From Gemmatimonadaceae bacterium (GTDB lineage Bacteria; Gemmatimonadota; Gemmatimonadetes; Gemmatimonadales; Gemmatimonadaceae): a stretch of DNA of 64,000 nt. Shown here in pieces: positions 39,447 to 49,257 of the stretch. Each line of letters begins with the position of its first letter. Position 1 is the first letter of the stretch. The translations under genes and the position numbers were made by a program. The stretch lies in contig DATLDN010000203.1 of the NCBI GenBank assembly GCA_035525855.1, forward strand, positions 4,737 through 68,736, written 5' to 3'. Under the pieces are notes generated by a model. That model saw only the letters and a program-made list of their open reading frames with translations. It did no database searches and was not told the origin of the DNA.

Positions 39447-40555
39447 TCAACGAGCCTGAGAGGCATTACGAGACACAAATACGATGCGGAGTCTGACCAT
39501 GCTTCAGGCTCGAGCGTAGCTGCACGCTCAGGTGCTTTGAAAGTGAGCTTCACCTCGTCTGTCGGAATGTATCGAAGAATTTCCAGCAGATAACTCGCAT
39601 TGAAACCAATGTCTAACTGGTCCCCGGTATATCGGATCGGTAATTCATCCTGCGCTTCACCCAAATCTGGTGTCTGAACACTGAACTTCAGCATACCGCT
39701 GTTGAACGATAGTCTGATTCGATGCGTTTGATCCGATGCAACTACAGACATGCGCTTCAACGCACTCACTAATGCTGCTTTATCCGCTACTGCAACGCGA
39801 TCGTTATCACGCGGAATAACGAGCTCATAATTCGGATACGGACCTTCAATCAAACGAGTAAAGACCGATGTAAACGGCGACCGAAAGCCAATGTGGTTTT
39901 CACCGCGAGCAATTTCGAGCTCCTCCTCTGCCGGAAAAAGCCGACGCACTTGTTCAAGTGCTTTAGGAGGTACAATCAAGTCATGAGTAGTTCCTGCATT
40001 CGACTCGATCTTCGTTTCCATTTTCGCGAGCCGATGACCATTTGTCGCAACCATAGCCATTCGATCACTACGCAATTCCCATAAGACACCATTTAGAATC
40101 GGCCGGCTTTCCTCCATCGATACAGCAAATGCTGTATGTGAAATCAGCTTCTGCAGATCACCCGACTTAATTCTCCAGCTGTTATCAAACGAAATCGCCG
40201 GGAAATTTGGGAATTCATCTCGTGGAAGACCAAGGAGTTTAAACCGCGACCGTCCACACTCGAGAGTAATACGCTGCTCACCAACTGCTGCGAGCTTTAC
40301 AGGTGACGGAGGTAATTCTCGAGCAATTTCCGAAAGCTTTTTCGCTGGTATCGTCACAGCTCCAGAGCTTTCAACGTCTGCCTGGACCTCCGTACTTACA
40401 GCAATATCGAGATCCGTACCCGATAAGCGAATGCCACGCTCCGTCGTCTCGATGAGAATATTTGCCAGCACCGGCAGTGTTGTTTTCGCCGGTATGCTAG
40501 CGGTTACTGCGCCAAGCCCTTCCTGGAGTTTCTCACGAGAGATGGTCAGACGCAT
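39443..40555 (-). CDS. dnaN: DNA polymerase III beta sliding clamp
   Basis: GTDLD, ATNGHRLA, LIEGPYPNY and LVMPLR motifs. Confidence 0.98.
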   Translation of the reverse strand: MRLTISREKLQEGLGAVTASIPAKTTLPVLANILIETTERGIRLSGTDLDIAVSTEVQADVESSGAVTIPAKKLSEIARELPPSPVKLAAVGEQRITLECGRSRFKLLGLPRDEFPNFPAISFDNSWRIKSGDLQKLISHTAFAVSMEESRPILNGVLWELRSDRMAMVATNGHRLAKMETKIESNAGTTHDLIVPPKALEQVRRLFPAEEELEIARGENHIGFRSPFTSVFTRLIEGPYPNYELVIPRDNDRVAVADKAALVSALKRMSVVASDQTHRIRLSFNSGMLKFSVQTPDLGEAQDELPIRYTGDQLDIGFNASYLLEILRYIPTDEVKLTFKAPERAATLEPEAWSDSASYLCLVMPLRLVD

Positions 40556-40721
40556 GTCCAGGCTGTTCCTTTGGAAATTAGGTGATCCCGGGTAGTACTT
40601 TCTATCTCTAAGTGATAAGAAAGACTAGTAGTAATAGTAGAGAGCGTTCTCAGTGTGGAGAGTTGGTGTAAAGTATTGCTTTGTGAAGTGTTACGCTACG
40701 ATTCCTCATGTGAACTCGTCG
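40556..40721. other. Putative oriC (dnaA-dnaN intergenic region)
   Basis: DnaA-trio array TAGTAGTAATAGTAG (40626-40640), DnaA-box-like TGTGGAGAG (40654-40662), AT-rich flank. Confidence 0.75.
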
Positions 40722-42149
40722 TTAGGATGCCGGGGTTTGTGTTTGAATTGCCTCGAGTGTTGATCGGATTTGTTGAATTCGGGCTTTGAAAGACGGATCT
40801 GTGTTGATAGCTGATGTGGTCTTCTCAATGCTATGAATAACTGTGGAGTGATCTCGGCCGCCGAATGCATTCCCGATTTCGATGAGCTGAGTTCCTAAAA
40901 GGTGACGAGTTAGGAACATTGCAACTTGCCGTGGAATTGTGAGGAGCTTTGTTCGAGTTTTCGATCGAAGGCCTTCTGCTGTTACGCCCCATTCACGTGC
41001 AACGATTTGTTGAATGATAGGAATGGTTAATCTCTGATGTGACTCCGGTTGAAGTCCGTTCGATGATTTGATTTTGTCGCGTAAGGCTTCTCGAGCTAGC
41101 TCGATCGAAATATCGCGATGCTTAAGTGATGCATAAGCGAGAAGCTTGATTATCGATCCTTCCAGCTCTCTGACATTCGATTTGATATTCTCTGCGATAA
41201 AGTGGATGACATCGTTTGGGATTGAATGCTGCAAGTGATCCAATTGGGCTTTTTGTTGAAGAATTGCGACGCGGTGCTCGAAATCCGGAGCCTGAATGTC
41301 TGCGACCATTCCCCATTGAAATCTGCTTACAAGACGTGCTTCCAAACCCGGAATGTCTGCGGGTGGGCGATCGCTCGTCAGGACTATTTGACGACCTGCC
41401 TCGTAGAGTGCGTTAAACGTGTGGAAAAATTCTTGCTGCGTTGCTTCTTTTCCTTTCAGAAAGTGGATGTCGTCGATTAGTAGTAGATCAGTCTCACGAA
41501 ACTGTCGGCGAAAGGCTGACATCGTGTGATTTTGTATCGAGCCGATCAATTCGTTTGTGAAGTGCTCAGTTCCTACAAATGTGACGCGAACAGTGGGACT
41601 ATGCTGAAGAATTTCGTGCGCAATTGCCTGCATCAAATGCGTTTTTCCGAGCCCTGTGTCTCCGTAAATGAAAAGAGGGTTGTAAACTTTGCCGGGTGCT
41701 TGAGCAACGGCATGAGCGGCAGCTGCAGCGAGCTCGTTGGATTTTCCGATTACAAAGTGATCGAACGTGTACCGCGAGCTTAATGGCGCGTCACTGATGC
41801 TATTGTGACTCTTTGATGTCGGAGAGAGGCTGTTAGGTGGCGCCACGAAGAAGTCCATTTGTGAACGTTTCTTCCGTTCTTCATTTACTCGAAAGAGTAC
41901 TTGGATCGGGTGCCCGAGTGCTATCGGACCATATGTCGCGAACAGATCTGCATGTTTGGATTCATTCCAGTCAGCGGCAAATTGATCCGGGACTCCAACA
42001 CAAATCGTATTACCGTCAAAGCTGAGTGCTTCCGTAGGCTCGAGCCATGTGCGGAAAGTTTGCTCCGGAATCTCTTGCCGTGCTCTGTCGAGTAACCGCT
42101 TCCAGGCTTCAGTGGCTGTGAGTGACATTGGGACGGCAACCGTAGCCAA
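40722..42149 (-). CDS. dnaA: Chromosomal replication initiator
   Basis: YNPLFIYGDTGLGKTHL, IDDI, QEFFHTFN and GGRDHSTV motifs; alternative ATG start at 42128. Confidence 0.98.
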   Translation of the reverse strand: MATVAVPMSLTATEAWKRLLDRARQEIPEQTFRTWLEPTEALSFDGNTICVGVPDQFAADWNESKHADLFATYGPIALGHPIQVLFRVNEERKKRSQMDFFVAPPNSLSPTSKSHNSISDAPLSSRYTFDHFVIGKSNELAAAAAHAVAQAPGKVYNPLFIYGDTGLGKTHLMQAIAHEILQHSPTVRVTFVGTEHFTNELIGSIQNHTMSAFRRQFRETDLLLIDDIHFLKGKEATQQEFFHTFNALYEAGRQIVLTSDRPPADIPGLEARLVSRFQWGMVADIQAPDFEHRVAILQQKAQLDHLQHSIPNDVIHFIAENIKSNVRELEGSIIKLLAYASLKHRDISIELAREALRDKIKSSNGLQPESHQRLTIPIIQQIVAREWGVTAEGLRSKTRTKLLTIPRQVAMFLTRHLLGTQLIEIGNAFGGRDHSTVIHSIEKTTSAINTDPSFKARIQQIRSTLEAIQTQTPAS

Positions 42150-42153
42150 TCAT

Positions 42154-42162
42154 TGTGGAAAA
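42154..42162 (-). promoter_or_regulatory. DnaA box upstream of dnaA (possible autoregulation)
   Basis: TTTTCCACA on the minus strand, 8/9 match to TTATCCACA. Confidence 0.55.
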
Positions 42163-42280
42163 GTCAATCAGGCACTAGCAGTGAGTTACTTCACATCGCT
42201 TGATGTATGTCCTTTAGGCAACTAGTTTTATGCGCTCTTGTACGTACGCAAAAGAATTGATTCGATCCGGGATTTAAGTC

Positions 42281-42445
42281 ATGGGTAAACCTACATATCG
42301 TCCTAGAAATAAGCGCCGTATTCGTACTCACGGTTTCCGTGAGCGAATGGCAACTCCATGGGGACGAGAGGTATTGAGCCGTCGTCGTAAGAAGGGACGG
42401 AAGCAGCTAGCGGTTCGATTGCCTAGTAAATACGCTGGCTCCTAA
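42281..42445 (+). CDS. rpmH: 50S ribosomal protein L34
   Basis: Manual translation [54 protein letters not shown]; below the ORF-track cutoff. Confidence 0.97.
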   Translation: MGKPTYRPRNKRRIRTHGFRERMATPWGREVLSRRRKKGRKQLAVRLPSKYAGS

Positions 42446-42797
42446 GCGGTATTCCTACGGTCGGCAACAGCGCTTACCGACTCGCGAACTGCGCTCATTA
42501 AGGGAAAAAGGGAGCCGGTTCCGAACCGAGCATCTCAGTATTTTGGCAGGTAAAACTGAGCTTTCGTACTCTCGAGCTGCTGTCGTAGTCCCTAAATACG
42601 GCCATATCATAGTAGAGCGAAATCGACTTCGGCGCCGCTTACGCGAGCTGATCCGCGTGGATCTTTTGCCGAAGTGTTCGAACATCGATGTAGTATTGCA
42701 GGCACTTCCGCCGGCCTATGCAGCTGATTTGAAGATTCTAGGTGCTGAAGTGCGTATAGTCGCTGAGCGATTGAGCTCCTCATTTCGCTCAGCGTAA
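42435..42797 (+). CDS. rnpA: RNase P protein component
   Basis: [12 protein letters not shown] (RNR motif); position between rpmH and yidD; start inferred at CTG 42435 (ORF track gives TTG 42543). Confidence 0.85.
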   Translation: MAPKRYSYGRQQRLPTRELRSLREKGSRFRTEHLSILAGKTELSYSRAAVVVPKYGHIIVERNRLRRRLRELIRVDLLPKCSNIDVVLQALPPAYAADLKILGAEVRIVAERLSSSFRSA

Positions 42798-43006
42798 TGC
42801 GCAAGGTGCTGGTACTGGGAATTAGAGGCTATCAGCTCTGGCTCTCGCCGTTACTGCCCTCAGCGTGCCGGTATTACCCGACGTGTTCGGCATATGCGAT
42901 GGAAGCGATCGAAAAACATGGCTCAGTAACCGGTAGTTGGCTGGCGCTCAAACGACTTGCACGATGTCATCCGTTCCGTCCCGGTGGCTACGATCCGGTT
43001 CCATAA
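42797..43006 (+). CDS. yidD: Membrane protein insertion efficiency factor
   Basis: [11 protein letters not shown] and RCHPF..GGYDPVP motifs. Confidence 0.96.
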   Translation: MRKVLVLGIRGYQLWLSPLLPSACRYYPTCSAYAMEAIEKHGSVTGSWLALKRLARCHPFRPGGYDPVP

Positions 43007-44662
43007 ATGGAAAAACGATATTTTGTTGCACTCCTTCTTGCCGCTGCGGTAGTTGCATTAACACAGATCCTGTTTCCGGTTCCGCGGCCAACTCCTGGAT
43101 CTGTAAAAAAGTCGACCCAGATAACGTCTGATTCTGCGCCGACTCCTGCGAAAGCAGTTGAAAAAACGATTGCTCTACCAGCACAAGCGCTGCAACCGCG
43201 CTTGGATTCTGCTGTGCATCCAGCAACTCCCGAGCAAATCACGACGCTCACGACAGCATTGTCGACATATCGGTTCAGCAACATTGGAGCTGAGCCGCTA
43301 TCGGTGAGCTTGAACAATTACAACAACCTTTCCTCACGAGGTGGTCGAGTAGAGCTCGGCGCATCCGGACAGCCGCTGTTGAAGTACGCGTTAGTCATAA
43401 ATGGTGATACGGTCCATTTAAATCGTACTTCGTTTCAGTTGCAGCAATTAGACACCACAGCGGCAACGAAAACACTGCAGTACGCGACGGACACACTCGG
43501 GCTTCACGTTGTGATCCGCTATCAGCTTCTACCAGATAAGTACGTTGCGAAGATCGACGGTCAGGTAACCGGCACAGCTCAAAGTCTGTTTCTGCTTATT
43601 GAATTGCCAACAAACCTCAAGCCTGCCGAGTCTGACACAATTGGTGATTTGAGGAACCTTGCATTCTCCTTCAAGCCCGAGCGGGAGAATGCGCACATTG
43701 TTGCTTTCAGTAAACTGGATCCTGGCGAACAACAACTCGAGCCAGGACCACTCGCATGGGCGGCGGTTAAGAACAAATACTTCGTACTCGGTCTTTTGAA
43801 TCCTGCTGGCAGCTCGTTTAACGAAATTGCATTGAAGGGAGGTCCGAGAACGTCGAAGATTGCGACGTCAGCTTCTGCTACGATCGTTAAATCGTTGAAG
43901 ACCGGTACGTTCAGCCTGGACTTGTATGCTGGTCCACAGCAATCGACACAGTTGATTGCAATGGGCCGAGACTTCGATCATGTAAATCCCTACGGGTGGC
44001 GTCCTCTTCAGGGTGTTGTTCAGCCCATCGCCGCGCTCTGCATTCAACTCCTCTTGTGGATGCATCAGGTGCTGAAACTCAGTTACGGCTGGGTTTTGGT
44101 GATATTCGGAATTCTGATTCGTGTCGCACTGTGGCCGCTGAACCAGAGCGCGATGCGCTCGAGTATGAAGATGCAGGAGCTTCAACCCAAGCTCGCTGAA
44201 GTTCAGAAGAAGTACAAAGACAAACCGGAGAAACAGCGCGAAGAAATAATGAAGGTGTATCGGGATCATGGCGCGAGTCCTTTCACTGCATTGACTGGAT
44301 GTCTGCCAGCTCTCCTGCCAATGCCTGTTCTTTTCGCATTGTTCTTTGTTTTTCAGAACACAATTGAATTCCGGGGCGTGCCATTTCTGTGGCTTCATGA
44401 CATCTCGATCAAGGATCCGTTCTATATCCTGCCGATCCTGATGGGGATTTCGATGTACGTCCTGTCGGCAATTGGCCTGCGTAATGCACCGCCTAATCCG
44501 CAGGCGAAGATGATGAGCTACATGTTCCCGGTCATGATGACGTTCATTCTTGCAAACATGGCTTCAGGTTTGAACCTGTATTACACGGCACAAAACCTCG
44601 CAGCTATTCCCCAGCAATGGCTGCTGGCAAACGAGCGCGCTCGGCGAAAGGGCAAGACGTAG
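43007..44662 (+). CDS. yidC: Membrane protein insertase
   Basis: YAGP, MQELQPK, GCLP, FLWLHD..DP and GLNLY motifs. Confidence 0.96.
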   Translation: MEKRYFVALLLAAAVVALTQILFPVPRPTPGSVKKSTQITSDSAPTPAKAVEKTIALPAQALQPRLDSAVHPATPEQITTLTTALSTYRFSNIGAEPLSVSLNNYNNLSSRGGRVELGASGQPLLKYALVINGDTVHLNRTSFQLQQLDTTAATKTLQYATDTLGLHVVIRYQLLPDKYVAKIDGQVTGTAQSLFLLIELPTNLKPAESDTIGDLRNLAFSFKPERENAHIVAFSKLDPGEQQLEPGPLAWAAVKNKYFVLGLLNPAGSSFNEIALKGGPRTSKIATSASATIVKSLKTGTFSLDLYAGPQQSTQLIAMGRDFDHVNPYGWRPLQGVVQPIAALCIQLLLWMHQVLKLSYGWVLVIFGILIRVALWPLNQSAMRSSMKMQELQPKLAEVQKKYKDKPEKQREEIMKVYRDHGASPFTALTGCLPALLPMPVLFALFFVFQNTIEFRGVPFLWLHDISIKDPFYILPILMGISMYVLSAIGLRNAPPNPQAKMMSYMFPVMMTFILANMASGLNLYYTAQNLAAIPQQWLLANERARRKGKT

Positions 44663-44672
44663 GAAATTCCGC

Positions 44673-45458
44673 ATGCGGATCACCTACATTGGTCACGCTA
44701 CGCTACTAATTGAGCTAGCTGACCGTATCTTCCTCACAGACCCGAATTTCGATTCCACATTAGGACGCGTGTTACCGCGTGTGAGTGAGCCGGGAATCCC
44801 AATCAACTCATTGCCACGCGTAGATGCGATCCTTGTGACGCACGCGCATGCCGATCATCTCTCGTTTAAATCACTGAACGCCCTACCGCAGGATATTCCG
44901 ATTTATTCCCCGCCTGCGATTGCTAACTGGTTGAAGAAGCGTGGATACAGAATGGCGCAATCGATCGCGCCAGGCGAATCAATACAGGCAGGTCAAGTTG
45001 AGATTCGTGCTGGTGCAGCTACGCATAAGGGAAATCGGTACGCTGTCGATCGCTGGCGAAGTGCGGCAAATATGTATCTATTTGATACTAATGACATTTC
45101 GTGCTTTTTCGCCGGCGACACCGGGCTTACGCCCGAATCCACGCATCTCGTAGAGCGACATGTCAGTGCGGCAGGACGTCGTCTCGATCTCGCGCTGCTG
45201 CCGATCGGACATGCTCCGTGGTGGAAACCCGGATTCAGGAAGGGACATCTTACCAGCACCGATGCACTTACTCTCTTCGATCGATTGGACGCGAAGTACT
45301 TGATCCCATATCACTGGGGAACCTTCGATCACGTAACATCAAAGGCGCATGATGCGATCGAGCGCCTACGCGCGCAGCTACCAGCTTATCCGCGAAGTGA
45401 AGGGGTGCAGATTCTGGAGCCGGGAATGAGTTTCGAGCTGCCGACATTCGAGCAGTGA
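44673..45458 (+). CDS. MBL-fold metallo-hydrolase (NAPE-PLD/RomA-like)
   Basis: GHAT, TDP, THAHADH, FAGDT and PYHWGTF motifs. Confidence 0.88.
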   Translation: MRITYIGHATLLIELADRIFLTDPNFDSTLGRVLPRVSEPGIPINSLPRVDAILVTHAHADHLSFKSLNALPQDIPIYSPPAIANWLKKRGYRMAQSIAPGESIQAGQVEIRAGAATHKGNRYAVDRWRSAANMYLFDTNDISCFFAGDTGLTPESTHLVERHVSAAGRRLDLALLPIGHAPWWKPGFRKGHLTSTDALTLFDRLDAKYLIPYHWGTFDHVTSKAHDAIERLRAQLPAYPRSEGVQILEPGMSFELPTFEQ

Positions 45459-46822
45459 TATCCGGTGGGAATCCGCCGCATGCTGGAATTGGTGGAACCG
45501 AAGACACTATAGTTGCAATTGGAACTGTGCCTGGGCGCGGTGCGATCGCAGCTATTCGAATCAGCGGGAAGAAGGCCTTCGAGATTGCATCGCTTCACCT
45601 GAAGCCCTGGCCAATCACGGCGCGCCAGATGACTCTCTGCAAGGTCGTGGATGGCGATGTTGTTCTCGACGAAGCTCTCGCCGTTTTTTACCCGGATCCC
45701 GATTCATTTACCGGCGAAGATGTGGTCGAGGTTTTCACACACGGTGGTTATGTAGTGCCAACGTCTGTGGTTGAGGCACTGACCAAATCAGGCGCGAGGC
45801 AAGCATCGCCCGGAGAGTTCACGCGCCGCGCTGTTCTCAACGGCAAACTCGACATCGTTCAAGCCGAGGCAATCGGAGATCTCGTCGATGCACGCTCAAC
45901 TGCCATGCAGCGTGCGGCGCTGTATCATCTCGAGGGCGGGCTTTCAGCGCGAATTGCTGCACTTCGAAGCGATATCATCGAGCTCGAATCCCTGATTGCG
46001 TACGATGTCGACTTTCCTGAAGAGGACGACGGGCCGATCTCGAGCGAACGCATACTCGAGAGTGCGCGAAAACTTCTTGGATCGCTCGATCTGCTTCTTG
46101 CAACGATTCCAATTGGCCAGATCGTTCGTGAAGGTGCGATCGTCGTCATAGCAGGCGAGCCGAACGTTGGAAAATCGTCACTATTCAACGCTCTATTGGG
46201 AGAAGGCAGGGCGATCGTTACGGAAATTCCCGGGACCACCCGAGATTCCATCGAAGTCGCGATGGATGCCGGGCAATGGCCGATAAGATTGATCGATACT
46301 GCCGGGCTTCGGGAAAGCACCGACCTAGTCGAGCGCCTCGGAATTGAGATCAGTGAGCGGCACATTTCTGCCGCTCATCTTGTGCTTGCCTGTGGAGACA
46401 CAGAGGATTCACTCAATCGAACGCTGGGTGTAGTAGCTGGCCTAACGAAATCACCGATCGTGCCGGTTTTTACGAAGAGCGACCAACGAGATCAACGAGA
46501 TCAAGGAACGGGTGTCAGCTCTGTTACCGGACAGGGATTAGGCAGACTGAAAGATGAAATCAATGAAACCATCAGCCGAACGTATGGTGAAATCACGGTT
46601 GAGATTCCTGTCTTAACTCGAGCTCGGCAGATTCACGCGATTTCTCAGGCACGTGAAGAAATCGACGCGTTCATTACTTCGTGGGAAATGGACCAGCTAC
46701 CCGCACCTATTGTTGCGGTTCATCTCCGGTCTGCTGCGGTTGCTCTCGAAGAAATAATCGGCGCGATCAGCACCGATGATGTGCTGGAGAGGGTATTCAG
46801 CTCGTTTTGTGTAGGAAAGTAG
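45455..46822 (+). CDS. mnmE: tRNA modification GTPase
   Basis: SFTGEDVVE, GEPNVGKSS, GTTRD, DTAG and FCVGK motifs. Confidence 0.97.
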   Translation: MISGGNPPHAGIGGTEDTIVAIGTVPGRGAIAAIRISGKKAFEIASLHLKPWPITARQMTLCKVVDGDVVLDEALAVFYPDPDSFTGEDVVEVFTHGGYVVPTSVVEALTKSGARQASPGEFTRRAVLNGKLDIVQAEAIGDLVDARSTAMQRAALYHLEGGLSARIAALRSDIIELESLIAYDVDFPEEDDGPISSERILESARKLLGSLDLLLATIPIGQIVREGAIVVIAGEPNVGKSSLFNALLGEGRAIVTEIPGTTRDSIEVAMDAGQWPIRLIDTAGLRESTDLVERLGIEISERHISAAHLVLACGDTEDSLNRTLGVVAGLTKSPIVPVFTKSDQRDQRDQGTGVSSVTGQGLGRLKDEINETISRTYGEITVEIPVLTRARQIHAISQAREEIDAFITSWEMDQLPAPIVAVHLRSAAVALEEIIGAISTDDVLERVFSSFCVGK

Positions 46823-47761
46823 CTAAGCTGTTTCTGCTGCTTCCCGGCCAGTAGCCGTGATGTCGTGTGCGCTGGCTCTCACTGTCCAGGCATAACCTCT
46901 CGTGGCAATTGCATGCTCGGCCATCTTGGCGCCCACGTAATAACCACTCCTTTCGGGGAGCACTTGTTCTCCCGTTCGCCTTCTGTCGTCCGTCATTCCT
47001 TCCGACAGATATCTCAAACGAAGGCCGAGCCCTGATTTATCGAGATTTCCAATCAGTGATCGCGAGATAATCGGCTCCATCTCGCGTACACGGGCGTACT
47101 CGCGCCGATCATATCCGAAATATTCCCATGCTGCATGACCGGGGCTGATCACGCGGGAGACGTGAACCGCGATTCCCTCGTTGATGAGCAGCTCGCGGAG
47201 GCTCACCCGTTTTCCGGTTTCCCAATAGGAGTAGTAACCCTCCATATCGTTGATGGCCTGGCGCATTTCGCTGTGACTTTCAGGTGATGTGTACCTGACG
47301 GCGTGTGCGATCTCGTGGGCTAGCCAAAGTGGAATGAGCTCGGGATCCAGTCCCAAGCCATGAGTCTCGGGATTTGCGACGCTCGTAAAATGTTCGAGAC
47401 ACACGAACGCGATGCCTCGACCATTCACGACAAGCTCGCCGGCATTTGCCGCGCCGACACCGACCATGAGCACGACGTCGATGTCCGTATCTGCATCGAG
47501 AAGCGCGCGACACTGCTCTTCAGTATTTCGTGCGAGAGAAACAACATCCATTCTCTCGAGCATCGTACGAAGATCGCCTCTTCCAGCAAGTGCAGCAGAG
47601 CGTGCTACATCTGCGAAGTGTGGCCCATCCGGATCGAGAACATAATTCGCCCAGTAAGCCTGGAGAATATTTCGGTGGGTGTCGAAGTAGCGGTGGTAAG
47701 CCGCGATGCGGTCAGTGCTGTTAAGGACTGCAAAAAAATCAGGCAGCAGGTTAATCAGCAT
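46823..47761 (-). CDS. Putative zinc-dependent protease (DUF2268-like)
   Basis: AHEIAH plus downstream NEGIA (gluzincin pattern) and GYYVG. Confidence 0.7.
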   Translation of the reverse strand: MLINLLPDFFAVLNSTDRIAAYHRYFDTHRNILQAYWANYVLDPDGPHFADVARSAALAGRGDLRTMLERMDVVSLARNTEEQCRALLDADTDIDVVLMVGVGAANAGELVVNGRGIAFVCLEHFTSVANPETHGLGLDPELIPLWLAHEIAHAVRYTSPESHSEMRQAINDMEGYYSYWETGKRVSLRELLINEGIAVHVSRVISPGHAAWEYFGYDRREYARVREMEPIISRSLIGNLDKSGLGLRLRYLSEGMTDDRRRTGEQVLPERSGYYVGAKMAEHAIATRGYAWTVRASAHDITATGREAAETA

Positions 47762-47922
47762 CAACGACCGGGTGGCGAGAATTGCCGGGAGCGCGGCGCG
47801 CTTGGGATGCGAGAAAATACGCTGACATGAAATGCTGAACAAGAGTTGATGTAATCGAACTCGTAAAAAAAAACTGGCACAGAAATTCCTTTGCTCATTT
47901 TCAGAGAAATCGACGAGGCGTT

Positions 47923-48573
47923 ATGACGACTCTCCGTCAGATCGAGCTAAGCTGTCCGATTTGCGGAAATAGCTTTCAATCCCAGGCAGTAGTCTCGACG
48001 AATGCCTTTGGTGGAAAGCGGACAGATTTTCATGAACGTGCCGCTGGTACTCAGCCGCTGGCCTATCTCGTACATATGTGCATCGAGTGCGGTTACTCAG
48101 GTGGTGAGAGAGATTTCACCGGTGTGACCGAGGTGAGTCCGCTCCTAAAGGAGCACGTTTTGAATGAGCTGGCTCCGAGCGCGCCCGTAATGATAACGGG
48201 ATCAGCAAAATATGAAGCGGCAGCCAAGGTTGCCGAGTGGCAAGGGGTTGAACCTCGTCAAATTGCAGATCTGTTACTGCGGGCAGCATGGTGTTGTGTA
48301 GACGAAGGAGACGTTGAGGCCGAGCGATACTTCCGTCGACTCGCGGCGTGGACCTTTGAGCAGGCGCTTGGCACCTACGATGGAGTCGCCGTAGAAGAGA
48401 GGGCAGTTCTTACGTATCTCGTTGGCGAGCTATGGCGAAGAATTGGTGATCTTCGACAGGCGAGAGACTGGTTCGATCGAGTGGTGGACGAAGTGGTCGA
48501 TCCAAAAGGGCAGCATTGGATTCAAGCGGCGGCCGAACAACAACGGACTGACCCCCAGGAGTGGTTTGGCTGA
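47923..48573 (+). CDS. DUF2225-like zinc-ribbon/TPR protein
   Basis: CPICG...CIECGYS, LRAAW and YLVGELWRRIG motifs. Confidence 0.8.
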   Translation: MTTLRQIELSCPICGNSFQSQAVVSTNAFGGKRTDFHERAAGTQPLAYLVHMCIECGYSGGERDFTGVTEVSPLLKEHVLNELAPSAPVMITGSAKYEAAAKVAEWQGVEPRQIADLLLRAAWCCVDEGDVEAERYFRRLAAWTFEQALGTYDGVAVEERAVLTYLVGELWRRIGDLRQARDWFDRVVDEVVDPKGQHWIQAAAEQQRTDPQEWFG

Positions 48574-48577
48574 TTGG

Positions 48578-49228
48578 TTAGCGAGTTCCGAAGAGACGAT
48601 CTCCGGCATCGCCTAATCCAGGAAGGATATAACCCTGGGAATTGAGCTCGCGGTCGAGGGCAGCACAGTAAATCTGAATATCCGGATGCTCTTCACTGAG
48701 CCGGTTCACTCCTTCCGGTGCTGCGACGATGCAGAGAAACCGAATTCGCGTTGCACCAGCACGTTTAAGAGATGAAACAGCTGCCGCTGCGCTTCCGCCG
48801 GTGGCAAGCATCGGGTCGAGCACAAAAAAATCTCGCTCCGTTACGTCACCCGGGACCTTGAAGTAGTAGTCGATAGGCTGGAGAGTGTCGTGATCGCGAT
48901 AAAGCCCGATGTGACCAACGCGTGCCGCGGGTACCAGACGAAGAATTCCTTCGACCATTCCGAGGCCGGCCCTCAGAATCGGCACCAGCGTCAATTTCTT
49001 TCCGCTGATGTGCCATCCACTCGTTGATTCGAGTGGCGTGTCCACCGGTAATCCTTCGAGTGTCAGGTCGATCGTCGCCTCGTACGCCATGAGCATTGCA
49101 ATCTCGTCGACGAGCTCCTTGAAAATTTTCGTAGGAGTTTCACGATTGCGCATTATGGTCAGCTTGTGCTGAACGAGCGGATGCCGGATAATTGTGAGCG
49201 TTGGGTACTCAGGTATGCGTTCGATCAT
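48578..49228 (-). CDS. upp: Uracil phosphoribosyltransferase
   Basis: [17 protein letters not shown] and PGLGDAGDR motifs. Confidence 0.98.
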   Translation of the reverse strand: MIERIPEYPTLTIIRHPLVQHKLTIMRNRETPTKIFKELVDEIAMLMAYEATIDLTLEGLPVDTPLESTSGWHISGKKLTLVPILRAGLGMVEGILRLVPAARVGHIGLYRDHDTLQPIDYYFKVPGDVTERDFFVLDPMLATGGSAAAAVSSLKRAGATRIRFLCIVAAPEGVNRLSEEHPDIQIYCAALDRELNSQGYILPGLGDAGDRLFGTR

Positions 49229-49257
49229 TCCGGAAACTTATCCTCTCTCATATCGGC

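Noticed and set aside
46481-46503. 9-bp tandem repeat (DQRDQRDQ) in mnmE
   Set aside because: Short in-frame duplication in a variable loop; no wider significance evident
47874-47890. CTGGCACAGAAATTCC sigma54-like site
   Set aside because: Good -24 element but the -12 GC is missing
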